DNA of 64,000 bases from Obrimoposthia wandeli (lineage: Eukaryota): contig CDROCS010003917.1 of the NCBI GenBank assembly GCA_977020255.1, positions 1-64,000 of the forward strand, written 5' to 3'. Position numbers and translations under genes: made by a program. The notes below the pieces were generated by a model. That model searched no databases, was not told where the DNA came from, and was given only the letters and a program-made list of their open reading frames with translations. How positions within the stretch are numbered: the stretch's first letter is position 1; each line of letters begins with the position of its first letter. Of the stretch, positions 53,803-63,444 are shown piece after piece.

Positions 53803-54827
53803 GTAGTATATCTGACGAAGTGTTAGAAACTGAAGATCGTAGTTCTCCGGGAAGTCGTTTACAAAAAGCTAGGGAAATGCTTGGTATCAGCCAAAAATCT
53901 CTTGCCGACGATTTGTATCTACCACGTAACTATATATTGTGGATAGAAGAAGGAGCTTATGAAAAATTACCTAGCATGGTTTTTTGTAGAGGTTACATCA
54001 GAGCCTACGCAAAATTGGTCAACGAGAACGGAGAAGAGTTAATAGAGCTGTTAGACAATATATATGGCAATCAAAATATCAAAGCGCCATTAATGTCAGT
54101 CTCCAAAATTAACGAACAGGTAAAAGTTGGCGATCCCATCATGAAATGGTCTAGCCTATTATTTATTATCATTCTGTGTGGATTAGTTTTTTGGTGGTGG
54201 AAAACACAGTATGGATTAAATGCGCCATTCTTATCTTCCCAAGAGCCTATTGCAGTTGAAACAGCCAATGGAAATGAATTAGTTTTACCTTCTCTGGATG
54301 ACACAGCTGTCATTGAAACTAGTAATGCGCAATTAATAACAGAAAATACTACGGATAGTGTACAACCGTCCGCTACATCAGAGTTGGAAACGTCCAATAA
54401 CGACCAAAGCGAAATAGTAAACAATGGTAACGGTATTGAGCTTGCTTTAAATGTAGTTGACGAAAAAGCTGAAGCTGAACAGTTAATCGCCCTGGAAAAA
54501 ATAGTAGCTGAAATTGAGCCCGAAGCCGTTGAAACTGTAACACAAGCCGTTGCTACTAACGAACTAGCGCCGGCTACAGTAGATGCGAAACTGCTGCAAA
54601 TAGCATTTAATAATGAGTGTTGGGTAACGATTAAAGATGCTCGCGGTAGAGTATTATTTAATGGCATTAAAAAATCAGGCCAACTATTGTCGCTCAGTGG
54701 AGATGCACCATTAAATGTGTCGATCGGACGTGTAGACAGTGTGTCAAAAATTACCTTTGGTGGCGCTGATATTGATCTCAATGATCTGGGTCGTAACAAC
54801 ATTGCAAACTTTAAGCTACCCCTTTAA
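53799..54827 (+). CDS. rodZ: Cytoskeleton protein RodZ
   Basis: HTH (PGSRLQKARE..FCRGYIRAYAKL), one TM segment, acidic linker, C-terminal ECWVTIKDARG domain. Confidence 0.9.
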   Translation: MSSISDEVLETEDRSSPGSRLQKAREMLGISQKSLADDLYLPRNYILWIEEGAYEKLPSMVFCRGYIRAYAKLVNENGEELIELLDNIYGNQNIKAPLMSVSKINEQVKVGDPIMKWSSLLFIIILCGLVFWWWKTQYGLNAPFLSSQEPIAVETANGNELVLPSLDDTAVIETSNAQLITENTTDSVQPSATSELETSNNDQSEIVNNGNGIELALNVVDEKAEAEQLIALEKIVAEIEPEAVETVTQAVATNELAPATVDAKLLQIAFNNECWVTIKDARGRVLFNGIKKSGQLLSLSGDAPLNVSIGRVDSVSKITFGGADIDLNDLGRNNIANFKLPL

Positions 54828-54843
54828 TAATTGGTAAAATAAA

Positions 54844-56103
54844 TTGTCAAAACTTCAAGCGATCAGAGGAATGAATGACATTCTTCCTGAACAATCAGCT
54901 ACATGGCAGTATTTAGAAGAAAAATTTCAGAGTGTTGTGGCAAACTACAGCTATAACGAAATAAGAACACCTGTTGTCGAAAATATAGAGTTGTTTAACC
55001 GTTCGATTGGTGAAGTAACTGATATTATAGAAAAAGAAATGTACTGCTTTGAAGATCGCAATGGCGAACGTCTAGCTATGCGCCCTGAAGGGACTGCAAG
55101 TATTGTAAGAGCAGGCATTGAGCACGGCTTATTGTTCAATCAAACTCAGCGCTTATGGTATCGTGGACCGATGTTCCGCTATGAAAAACCGCAAAAAGGA
55201 CGCTATCGCCAATTTCATCAAATGGGTGTGGAGACTTTTGGAATGGCCGGTGCCGACATAGATGCTGAAGTTATTTTATTATCCGCAGCGCTTTGGCGTT
55301 CTTTAGGGATACTTGATGTACTAACACTTGAACTTAATTCATTAGGAAGCAACGAAGCGCGTGCCGCATATCGTGCTGCACTAGTGGTATATTTAAGTGC
55401 GATTGAAGATCAGCTAGATGAAGATAGCAAAAAACGATTACATACTAATCCATTGCGCATACTAGACAGTAAAGAACAGAGCACTCAATTACTGCTTAAT
55501 GATGCTCCAAGCTTAGTGGACTATTTAGATGATGATGCCAAACAGCATTTTGCAACGCTAACAGGTATTTTAGATAGTGCTGGAATCAGTTATATTGTTA
55601 ATCCGCGATTGGTAAGAGGGCTGGATTATTACAATAAAACAGTGTTCGAGTGGACGACTGATAAACTAGGCGCACAGGGAACAATATGTGCCGGTGGTCG
55701 TTATGACGGTATGGTGGGTCAGTTAGGAGGCAAACCAACGCCTGCTGTTGGTTTTGCGATGGGTGAAGAAAGATTATTGTTGTTGCTAGAAACATTGAAT
55801 AAAGTACCGCCAGCGATAAAGCAACGCTATGATTTATATTTGGCCGCCGAAGATAAAGGTATTCAATCACAATTGATTATTGTTGCAGAAAAGTTACGTG
55901 AACTATCACCTAACTTACAAATCAGAACGCACTGCGCAGGCTTAAAGAATATTTTAGCTAAAGCTCGCCAAAGTGGAGCTGAAAAAATAGCTTTAGTGAA
56001 ATTGAATCACGATGGTGGCTTATCTGCAACTTTATGGTGTGGTGAAGAAGTTCAGCAAAACATCAGCATTGAGCAGCTAGCTTCTTATTTAATAGCTAAA
56101 TAA
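54844..56103 (+). CDS. hisS: Histidine--tRNA ligase
   Basis: [47 protein letters not shown] start. Confidence 0.97.
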   Translation: MSKLQAIRGMNDILPEQSATWQYLEEKFQSVVANYSYNEIRTPVVENIELFNRSIGEVTDIIEKEMYCFEDRNGERLAMRPEGTASIVRAGIEHGLLFNQTQRLWYRGPMFRYEKPQKGRYRQFHQMGVETFGMAGADIDAEVILLSAALWRSLGILDVLTLELNSLGSNEARAAYRAALVVYLSAIEDQLDEDSKKRLHTNPLRILDSKEQSTQLLLNDAPSLVDYLDDDAKQHFATLTGILDSAGISYIVNPRLVRGLDYYNKTVFEWTTDKLGAQGTICAGGRYDGMVGQLGGKPTPAVGFAMGEERLLLLLETLNKVPPAIKQRYDLYLAAEDKGIQSQLIIVAEKLRELSPNLQIRTHCAGLKNILAKARQSGAEKIALVKLNHDGGLSATLWCGEEVQQNISIEQLASYLIAK

Positions 56104-56204
56104 AAAGTAAAGTAACAAATTAAGTACGAAATATAAAATCACATATTTATTTAAATGGGTTGTAGATTAGCCCTGTTAGTTAGCAAAGATTTAGGAGTAA
56201 TAGA

Positions 56205-56861
56205 GTGACAGAGTTACGCACTGAAGAAGAACAGCTAGATGCCATCAAATCTTGGTGGAAAGATAACGGCAAGTCTTTAGTTATCATGATAGCTGTTGCT
56301 GTATCTGCAGTTTATGGGTACAAAGCTTGGCAGAATAAACAAGTGACCACTAGTGAAAATGCATCTGTGATGTATCAGCAATTAATAGCAGCTGTTGTCC
56401 CAGATCAACAAGCAGATGCGGTAGAAAGCCTTGCTACTTCTAAGCATTTAGCAAAAACACTAAAAGCTGAATACTCAGATAGCCAATATGCAAAATTTGC
56501 CTCTTTATTAATGGCGAAAGTTGCTGTCAATAGCGGTGACTTAACAACAGCACAAGCGGAGTTAGATTGGTTGTTGGCAACTGAGCCTAAAGCCCTGTTA
56601 AAATCTATCGCTTTAATTCGCAAAGCACAAATTTTAGCTGAACAAAAAGAATTTGAGCAGGCATTAGCGTTACTAGCAAGTGTCTCAAGTAGTGCTGTAA
56701 AAGTGCAGGCGGCAGAATTAGAGGGCGATATCTATTTGGCGCAAGGTGATAAAAAGCAAGCACGTGCTGCTTATGAAAAAGCCATAGCCAATAAAACTGC
56801 AGGTAGTAACCAAGCGGTAATATCAATGAAATTAAACGACTTGACCACAGAGGAAGGCTAA
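56205..56861 (+). CDS. yfgM: YfgM family TPR-like membrane protein
   Basis: TEEEQLDAIKSWWKDNG followed by a TM segment and TPR-like helices. Located between hisS and bamB. Confidence 0.88.
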   Translation: MTELRTEEEQLDAIKSWWKDNGKSLVIMIAVAVSAVYGYKAWQNKQVTTSENASVMYQQLIAAVVPDQQADAVESLATSKHLAKTLKAEYSDSQYAKFASLLMAKVAVNSGDLTTAQAELDWLLATEPKALLKSIALIRKAQILAEQKEFEQALALLASVSSSAVKVQAAELEGDIYLAQGDKKQARAAYEKAIANKTAGSNQAVISMKLNDLTTEEG

Positions 56862-58003
56862 TGGTTAAATTCAAGAGAATTTTAGCAGTTGCAAGCGCTT
56901 TACTTTTATTAGCAGGTTGTTCAAGTGACGGTGAAGAAATTAAACCTAGTGCTTTAGTAAAATTTGACTCTGAAAAGAAAGTTAAAGTATTGTGGTCTAA
57001 AAGTATCGGTTCTAGTTTTGGTGATAAATACCACCAACTCACTCCTGGTGTTTCCGGTGACTCTATTGTAGTGACTGATGTTAAAGGTAACGTTTCAAGT
57101 TATGAGTTAACATCTGGAAAATTACAGTGGAAAAAAGCACTTGAGGTTGAAGTTAGCAGTGGTGTGGGTACAGGGCCTAATAATACAGTTGTGGTCGCTA
57201 CCTATACTGGCGATGTTATCGCTATCTCTGCTAGTACCGGTGAAATTAACTGGCAAGTAGCAGTAGGTGGTGAAGTCGTTTCTCGTGCACAACTAAATGA
57301 ACGTATAGTCGTAGTACAAATGGTGACTGGCGATGTTGTTGCATTAGATATCGAAACAGGTGAACAGCGCTGGGTCTATGCAAGTAATCAGCCAAATTTA
57401 ACATTGCGTGGTACTAGCTCGCCCTTAGTTGCTTTAGATGCGACTTTGGCTGGATTAGATAATGGTAAATTTGTCGCTTTAGATAATGAAGATGGTAGTG
57501 TGCTTTGGCAGAAAAGAATTAGTATCGCTAAAGGAAAATCAGATATTGAACGTCTTACCGATATTGACGGACTGCCAATTCTTTACCAAAACGTTATTTA
57601 TATCCCCAGTTATCGTGGTAATTTAACGGCGATAAACCCATTTAATGCGCAAGTGTTATGGCGTAAACCTTACTCTACTTATAGAGGGTTGGCCGCGGCA
57701 AACAATAGTATTTTCTTAAGTGCAGATAACGATGTTGTACATGGTGTTAACGCTGAGTCAGCTGCTGAAATTTGGCGCCAAGATTTATTATTAAATAGAT
57801 CCCTAACATCTCCTATAACCTTGCTAAACCAGGTTGTTGTAGGTGACAAACAAGGTTATTTACACTTTTTGTCACAGGATGATGGTCGTTTTGTAGCACG
57901 TTACAAGCTGGGTGGAGCGTTAGTTGGAGACATGTTAGAAAGAAATAATGTGCTTTATATTTTAAGTAATAATGGCCGCCTAACTGCTCTGACAACAGAG
58001 TAA
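56861..58003 (+). CDS. bamB: BamB beta-propeller lipoprotein
   Basis: Lipobox LAGC, PQQ-like W-repeats, LTLRGTSSP, RLTDIDG.P. Confidence 0.92.
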   Translation: MVKFKRILAVASALLLLAGCSSDGEEIKPSALVKFDSEKKVKVLWSKSIGSSFGDKYHQLTPGVSGDSIVVTDVKGNVSSYELTSGKLQWKKALEVEVSSGVGTGPNNTVVVATYTGDVIAISASTGEINWQVAVGGEVVSRAQLNERIVVVQMVTGDVVALDIETGEQRWVYASNQPNLTLRGTSSPLVALDATLAGLDNGKFVALDNEDGSVLWQKRISIAKGKSDIERLTDIDGLPILYQNVIYIPSYRGNLTAINPFNAQVLWRKPYSTYRGLAAANNSIFLSADNDVVHGVNAESAAEIWRQDLLLNRSLTSPITLLNQVVVGDKQGYLHFLSQDDGRFVARYKLGGALVGDMLERNNVLYILSNNGRLTALTTE

Positions 58004-58128
58004 GTATTTGATCTTCATAGGGAATTCCCAAAAGATCTATAGCAGATAGTACAGCAGTTTTATAACTTCTGTTCTATCCACAACTAGTCTTTCACGTTGA
58101 AAGGCTTTTTTATTTTTGAGAAAGAAAA

Positions 58129-59556
58129 ATGTTACCTGTAATTGCAATAGTAGGTCGACCTAACGTTGGCAAATCGACCCTCTTTAATCGCCTAACAAAA
58201 TCTTGGGATGCGCTCGTAGCAGACATGCCAGGCGTGACTCGTGATCGAAAATACGGAGAAGGACAGTGCTCAGAGCACAGCTTTATCGTAGTAGACACTG
58301 GAGGAATTACAGGGGATGAGCAAGGCATTGATTATAAGATGGCTGAGCAATCACTGTTAGCGATAGAAGAAGCCGATATTGTGTTATTCATGGTAGATGG
58401 CCGAAATGGCTTAAACCCTGGTGATCAGCAAATTGCCAATTACTTACGTAAAACTAAAGACAATGTGCATCTTGTTGTAAACAAAACAGATGGTATTGAT
58501 CCCGATATCGCCGTATCTGATTTTCACAGCTTAGGTATGGGTGAGCCGCTAGCTATCGCAGCGTCACAAAACCGCGGTGTTACATTATTAATTGAATATG
58601 TGTTGAAACCTTTCCCTGAATCAATCCAAGATGACGATCGTCATTTAGGAAAAGGGGTTCGAATCGCAGTAGTAGGTCGTCCTAATGTTGGTAAGTCAAC
58701 GCTTGTGAATCGATTGTTAGGCGAAGAGCGAGTCATCGTTTTTGACGAAGCAGGTACTACGCGTGACAGTATTTATATTCCTTATGAGCGAGATGGCCAA
58801 CAATATACATTAATAGATACAGCAGGCGTTAGACGTAGAAAAAATGTGCGTGAAGCGGTTGAAAAATTTTCTATTATTAAAACATTGCAAGCGATAAATG
58901 ATGCAAACGTTGTAGTGCTTGTTATAGATGCAAGACAAGGCGTAACAGATCAAGATCTGCATATGCTTGGCTTTGTCATGAGCACAGGTCGCTCGCTAGT
59001 TATTACTCTCAATAAATGGGATGGAATGACCAAAGAAGCGCGTAATGATGTTAAAGATCAAATTCAGCGTAAGCTAGATTTTGCCAGTTTTGCACGTTTT
59101 CACTTTATCTCTGCACTGCACGGAACAGGTGTAGGTGAGATGTACGAATCCATTAATGAAGCGTATGAATGCGCTATGATGAAGTGGAGCACTAACTTCT
59201 TAACTACGCTTTTAGGTGACATTGTGCTGGATCATCAGCCTCCTTCACCCGGTGGTCGCAGAATTAAACTGCGTTATGCTCACCAAGGTGGATCAAATCC
59301 ACCGGTAATTGTTGTTCACGGTAATCAGACTGATCAGTTACCAATATCTTATAAAAAGTATATGCAAAATAAGTTTACCAAACATTTAAGAGTGTATGGT
59401 ACGCCTATTCGTTTTGAATTTAGAACTGGTATAAACCCATATGCTGCAGATCGAAACGATTCAACAGGCGCAAAACTAGATAAAAAAGAGCGTTTCCAAA
59501 AGCAGATTCGTAAGCTAAGCAAAACAGCTTCTAAGAAGAATTCTGTTAGAAGATAA
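58129..59556 (+). CDS. der: Ribosome biogenesis GTPase Der (EngA)
   Basis: Two [10 protein letters not shown]-domains, DTGG/DTAG, NKTD/NKWD, C-terminal KH-like domain. Confidence 0.97.
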   Translation: MLPVIAIVGRPNVGKSTLFNRLTKSWDALVADMPGVTRDRKYGEGQCSEHSFIVVDTGGITGDEQGIDYKMAEQSLLAIEEADIVLFMVDGRNGLNPGDQQIANYLRKTKDNVHLVVNKTDGIDPDIAVSDFHSLGMGEPLAIAASQNRGVTLLIEYVLKPFPESIQDDDRHLGKGVRIAVVGRPNVGKSTLVNRLLGEERVIVFDEAGTTRDSIYIPYERDGQQYTLIDTAGVRRRKNVREAVEKFSIIKTLQAINDANVVVLVIDARQGVTDQDLHMLGFVMSTGRSLVITLNKWDGMTKEARNDVKDQIQRKLDFASFARFHFISALHGTGVGEMYESINEAYECAMMKWSTNFLTTLLGDIVLDHQPPSPGGRRIKLRYAHQGGSNPPVIVVHGNQTDQLPISYKKYMQNKFTKHLRVYGTPIRFEFRTGINPYAADRNDSTGAKLDKKERFQKQIRKLSKTASKKNSVRR

Positions 59557-59654
59557 TTAGTTTCATTTAGAAAGCAATTATACAAGAGCATTTCTAAAGC
59601 TCGAGATACTTACTACTGTGTCGTGTTAGGCAGCATAAGTTAGTGAGAAGTTAA

Positions 59655-59693
59655 TTTATAGCAGATAAGCCTAGCGGTTTATCTGCTATAAAA
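59655..59693. terminator. Bidirectional terminator between convergent der and tautomerase genes
   Basis: TTTATAGCAGATAA / TTATCTGCTATAAA perfect 14-bp stem. Confidence 0.75.
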
Positions 59694-59696
59694 AGC

Positions 59697-59906
59697 TTAT
59701 TTGCTTGCTGCTTTTTCTCTCAAATCAGTTACTACTTCTCCTCCTATTCCCCAGTTATCAGTATTTATTTCGTCTATAACAACCACGGTTGTCGCTGGAT
59801 TTTTATTTAAAACATCAACAAGCAGTTGTGTTACCCCGCTGATTAGCTGTGCTTTTTGGTAGGCGGTTACTTGCTCGTCAGTAATTTTAATGTTGACGTA
59901 AGGCAC
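59697..59906 (-). CDS. 4-oxalocrotonate tautomerase-family protein
   Basis: GTG start at 59906 with a GGAGAC RBS gives Pro-1 (PYVNIKIT..TVVVIDEINTDNWGIGG). Confidence 0.88.
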   Translation of the reverse strand: MPYVNIKITDEQVTAYQKAQLISGVTQLLVDVLNKNPATTVVVIDEINTDNWGIGGEVVTDLREKAASK

Positions 59907-60783
59907 TATTTTGTCTCCAGAAATTAATGTTGATGTGCATGATAAAAGACCCAAAACTAACTAATATTAAACCACTTAAAAGCGAAGTATTGGCAGATTC
60001 TGAGAAAAGATAAATGGCCGAAATGCCAGAAATTAATGGCACTATTGCCATTGTCGCTCCCATTGAAGAAGGCCCAATTAACTGTACAGCTCTTACATAG
60101 AATATCATTTGTACTATAGTGGCTAAAAACCCTTGGTAAAATGCCTGCAGCGCAATATCTTGCCAAAGCTCTATGTTTATTTTTTTAGGCGCTAGCGCTA
60201 AGTACCAAGGTAGATAAACAAAACAGGTTAATACTGCCAAGCTTACAGTAGCTTGCCAAGGTGTAATTTCCCAACGCTTGATCAGTACTGAAAATATTGC
60301 CCAGCTTAATGAGCCGCCGATAAGTAATAAGTGTCCTTGCGACAAACTCCCTGTGCTTAGCAAAATTGGCCAAAAAAGTGCCGCGATGCCAACTGTAATA
60401 ATCACTATCGCTAGCCATTTTTGTATACTGGGGCGTTCACCATTAATCAATACAGCGCAGATCATGATAAAAATAGGCATCATACCTGGTAATAAAATAG
60501 CGGCATGTGCAGCACTGGCCATTTGAAAACCTTGAAAGGTAAACACCGCATAAGCTAAGCCACCTACCATACTGCATACCCACAGCCTTTTAGTGAACAA
60601 TTTAAAGCGAAATTTAAACCACCAAATTGGTAACACAATCATAGTACAAGTGAAGTAGCGAATGGCAATAACATCATAGCCATTGAGTTCACTAATACCG
60701 CCTATACGCGAAACTAAAATAAAGCCACTCCAAATAAGCGCGGCTGCAAGGGCAAAGTAATATCCTGGATTTAACTGTTTCAT
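59887..60783 (-). CDS. DMT/EamA-family transporter
   Basis: Two EamA repeats, LIWSGFILVSR, about 10 TM segments. Divergent from a LysR gene. Confidence 0.9.
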   Translation of the reverse strand: MKQLNPGYYFALAAALIWSGFILVSRIGGISELNGYDVIAIRYFTCTMIVLPIWWFKFRFKLFTKRLWVCSMVGGLAYAVFTFQGFQMASAAHAAILLPGMMPIFIMICAVLINGERPSIQKWLAIVIITVGIAALFWPILLSTGSLSQGHLLLIGGSLSWAIFSVLIKRWEITPWQATVSLAVLTCFVYLPWYLALAPKKINIELWQDIALQAFYQGFLATIVQMIFYVRAVQLIGPSSMGATMAIVPLISGISAIYLFSESANTSLLSGLILVSFGSFIMHININFWRQNSALRQH

Positions 60784-60831
60784 ATGAACCTTAAACTGAA
60801 TTGAATGTTAGTATTCTATGCTAGTAAAGTG

Positions 60832-60878
60832 TTCACTAATAATGAATAATAATGAAAGATACATTCATAAAAAATGAA
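60832..60878. promoter_or_regulatory. Twin LysR-type operator TTCA-N7-TGAA
   Basis: TTCActaataaTGAA at 60832-60846 and TTCAtaaaaaaTGAA at 60864-60878, in the divergent DMT/LysR spacer. Both fit T-N11-A. Confidence 0.7.
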
Positions 60879-60894
60879 AATTTAGGTGGTGTAA

Positions 60895-61755
60895 GTGGAG
60901 CTTTCCGATTTAAGGGTGTTTATTCAAGTGGTAGATAGCGGCGGTATTAGTGCAGCAGCAGAAAAGCTGCATAGAGTCCCTTCAAATGTGACAGCAAGGA
61001 TTAAAAGCTTAGAACTAAAAATGGGCAAACAGTTATTTCTACGTGATAAAAATCGGTTGCGTATATCCCCTGCAGGCGAATTACTATTGCCCTATGCTAA
61101 GCGTATGCTGCAAATGGCTCAAGAAACATTGGACGCAATAAGTAACCAAGCGCCCAGTGGAGAGCTACGCCTAGGGGCTATGGAAGCCGTCGCAGCAACA
61201 AGGCTGGTAGAGCCCTTGATGCGCTTTCATAAAAAATATCCACAAGTAAATTTAGAGATCAAAACAGCGCCTACGGGAAACTTGATTAGCCAAGTCCTAT
61301 CAGGTGATTTAGATGTCGCTTTTGTCGCTGATCCACAGCCCGATGACCGCCTAGAGCAATTAGCTGTTTTTACAGAGAAGTTAGTGATTGTTTCGGATTT
61401 GAATTATCCAAGGATTCAGCACGCCGCTGATTTAAATACCGACACTACATTTATGGGGTTTAATGCCAGTTGCGCTTATCGAAATAAGTTAACGCAGTGG
61501 GTAAAGGATGGTGGGAATTATATAAAAGTAATAGAAATAAATTCTTATCATACATTACTCAGCTGTGTAGCGGGTGGTATGGGGATTGGATTAGTACCAC
61601 TGGCCTTATTAGATAATTACCCTTTTGCTCAAAGTTTACAAACCCATCCTATTAGTGCGAGCTGGAGTGATTCAGTTACCCACTTTATTTGGCGAAAAGA
61701 TGCTTTCAAATCTAGCATACAAGCTTTTAATGAGTGTATTGAAAAGAGTGTATAG
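60895..61755 (+). CDS. LysR-family transcriptional regulator
   Basis: HTH (GGISAAAEKLHRVPSNVTARIKSLE) and substrate-binding domain (LRLGAME, GDLDVAFV). GTG start. Confidence 0.93.
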   Translation: MELSDLRVFIQVVDSGGISAAAEKLHRVPSNVTARIKSLELKMGKQLFLRDKNRLRISPAGELLLPYAKRMLQMAQETLDAISNQAPSGELRLGAMEAVAATRLVEPLMRFHKKYPQVNLEIKTAPTGNLISQVLSGDLDVAFVADPQPDDRLEQLAVFTEKLVIVSDLNYPRIQHAADLNTDTTFMGFNASCAYRNKLTQWVKDGGNYIKVIEINSYHTLLSCVAGGMGIGLVPLALLDNYPFAQSLQTHPISASWSDSVTHFIWRKDAFKSSIQAFNECIEKSV

Positions 61756-61928
61756 AAAGGAAAAAATATAAAAGGAATATTTAGAAAACAATAAAATCGA
61801 GTACTCTTTAAACGAAAATGCAGATGACACCAGTAAACTTGCTGCACAAATCTTCTAGCTATATAGGATGATCTAGTTTCTACTTAACAGATTATTTAAT
61901 TCACTCCGGCTGAGACTGAGGTAGCAAA

Positions 61929-62777
61929 ATGCACAACACCAATAATTGGTTGCAGCTACAGCGTGATAGCCATAGTGGCATAGAAACATTGCGTGCTCAT
62001 TTTAAAGGGCATGCCTACGATCCTCACTGGCACGATACTTATTTGCTAGGTTTTACAGAGCAGGGTGTGCAACAATTTAACTGTCGTCGCAAGCTTTGTA
62101 CTTCCATGGCTGGTGGAAACTTTTTAATTGAACCCGGCGAAATCCACGATGGCCGTGCGCCTGAAAATGACGGCTTTACTTATAGACAGTTGTATATCCC
62201 AGCACCTTGGCTTAAGCATGAAATGGCGAGTTTATTTCCTGAACTGCCAGATACCTTGCAACTATCCAGTGCCGCCACTTTAATTGAAGATAAGCGTCTA
62301 ACGAGTGCTATCGCCGCGGCTTTTATGGCTTTGCAGCAAGGTGAATCAGCCATTGTACGTGAGGCCTGCTTAGATCAATTACTGGCTTGTTTGACAGCAG
62401 TTTTGAAGTTACAACAGTTGCATGATAATTCCCACAAAATATCAGTGTTAGCGCGCCAAGCGCGCTCTTTTTTACACGCTAACCTTGAATGCGATATCAA
62501 TTTAGAACAATTAGCCAAACAGTTAAACACCGATAGGTTTCGTATCACGAGAGCCTTTAAGCAAGCTTATAATATTGCCCCGCATGCCTATTTAATCCAA
62601 TTACGCCTTAGTCGAGCAAGGCAGCTATTGAGTGGGGGAGCAGTGCCTGCAGAAGTGGCCGCAAAGCTATGTTTTGCCGATCAAAGTCACTTAGGGCGCT
62701 GGTTTCGCCGTGCTTATCGATTAACTCCAGCACAGTATGCAAAATGCTGTACAAATCTTCCAGACAGGCAGTTTTAA
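61929..62777 (+). CDS. AraC-family transcriptional regulator (cupin + HTH)
   Basis: HAYDPHWHDTY, EPGEIHDG, C-terminal FADQSHLGRWFRRAY.LTPAQY. Confidence 0.93.
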   Translation: MHNTNNWLQLQRDSHSGIETLRAHFKGHAYDPHWHDTYLLGFTEQGVQQFNCRRKLCTSMAGGNFLIEPGEIHDGRAPENDGFTYRQLYIPAPWLKHEMASLFPELPDTLQLSSAATLIEDKRLTSAIAAAFMALQQGESAIVREACLDQLLACLTAVLKLQQLHDNSHKISVLARQARSFLHANLECDINLEQLAKQLNTDRFRITRAFKQAYNIAPHAYLIQLRLSRARQLLSGGAVPAEVAAKLCFADQSHLGRWFRRAYRLTPAQYAKCCTNLPDRQF

Positions 62778-62789
62778 GCGCCACATAAT
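62745..62789 (+). promoter_or_regulatory. Putative AraC-activated promoter for the LysE gene embedded in the araC 3' end
   Basis: 19-bp motif TGCTGTACAAATCTTCCAG (62745-62763) overlaps a -35-like CAGACA (62761-62766). A 17-nt spacer leads to -10-like CATAAT (62784-62789). Confidence 0.5.
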
Positions 62790-62823
62790 AACTTCCCATC
62801 AAACCACATTTTACCATTAAACA

Positions 62824-63444
62824 ATGGAAGCTATTATGTTAAGCCTATATCTGAGTTTTACACTTTTTGCCCTACTTGCTTCAATCACTCCAGGGCCCAC
62901 CAATATTCTTGCGCTAAGCAATGGTAGTAGGGTGGGAGTCAGTGCAACCGTTCCTTTTGCGATAGGTGCAGCAGGCGCTACTGCGTTTATATTGTTTTTA
63001 GCAGCCACAGGATTGGCCAAAGTATTCATTAACTACCCGCAGTTTAAACAAGTGACAGCGCTATTTGGAGCACTTTGGCTCAGTTATATCGCTTGGTGTT
63101 TGTACAAAACAGCGGCATTAAATGCTGCATACTTGCAGCAGCAACTCAATTGGCGACAAGGTGCAGGGATGCAATTCATCAATCCTAAAAGTTGGATGAT
63201 GGCAATCACAGCTACCAGTTTATTTAGTAGCGAAGCGCTCAGCTTATATCAACACAGTGCGCTGTTGGCACTCATTTTCTTTTTAGTAACGTGTCCCTGC
63301 ATTGCTTGCTGGGCAGCACTAGGGAAATTGATACACTCCCAAACCACCCATAAAAGATCACAGCAGTATTTAAACCGGGTGCTTGCGATCGTGTTATTCG
63401 CTACCGTTTGGTGGCTTTACTATAGCGTTGTTTTTTCAATGTAA
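62824..63444 (+). CDS. LysE/RhtB-family exporter
   Basis: SITPGPTNIL, QFINPKSWMMA, six TM segments. The start could be ATG 62836. Confidence 0.9.
   Translation: MEAIMLSLYLSFTLFALLASITPGPTNILALSNGSRVGVSATVPFAIGAAGATAFILFLAATGLAKVFINYPQFKQVTALFGALWLSYIAWCLYKTAALNAAYLQQQLNWRQGAGMQFINPKSWMMAITATSLFSSEALSLYQHSALLALIFFLVTCPCIACWAALGKLIHSQTTHKRSQQYLNRVLAIVLFATVWWLYYSVVFSM

Noticed and set aside
54071-54802. 243-aa antisense ORF inside rodZ (also 51802..52272, 7726..8148, 33854..34219 and the other short antisense ORFs in the track)
   Set aside because: Shadow frames of well-conserved genes, with no motifs or independent expression signals.
58660-58676. GGTTCGAATC T-loop-like tRNA motif
   Set aside because: It lies inside der coding sequence with no cloverleaf around it. 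No tRNA or rRNA was found in the window.
58038-59667. TATAGCAGATA present on both sides of der, suggesting a target-site duplication
   Set aside because: der is a core gene in its normal context, and the downstream copy is just one arm of a terminator.
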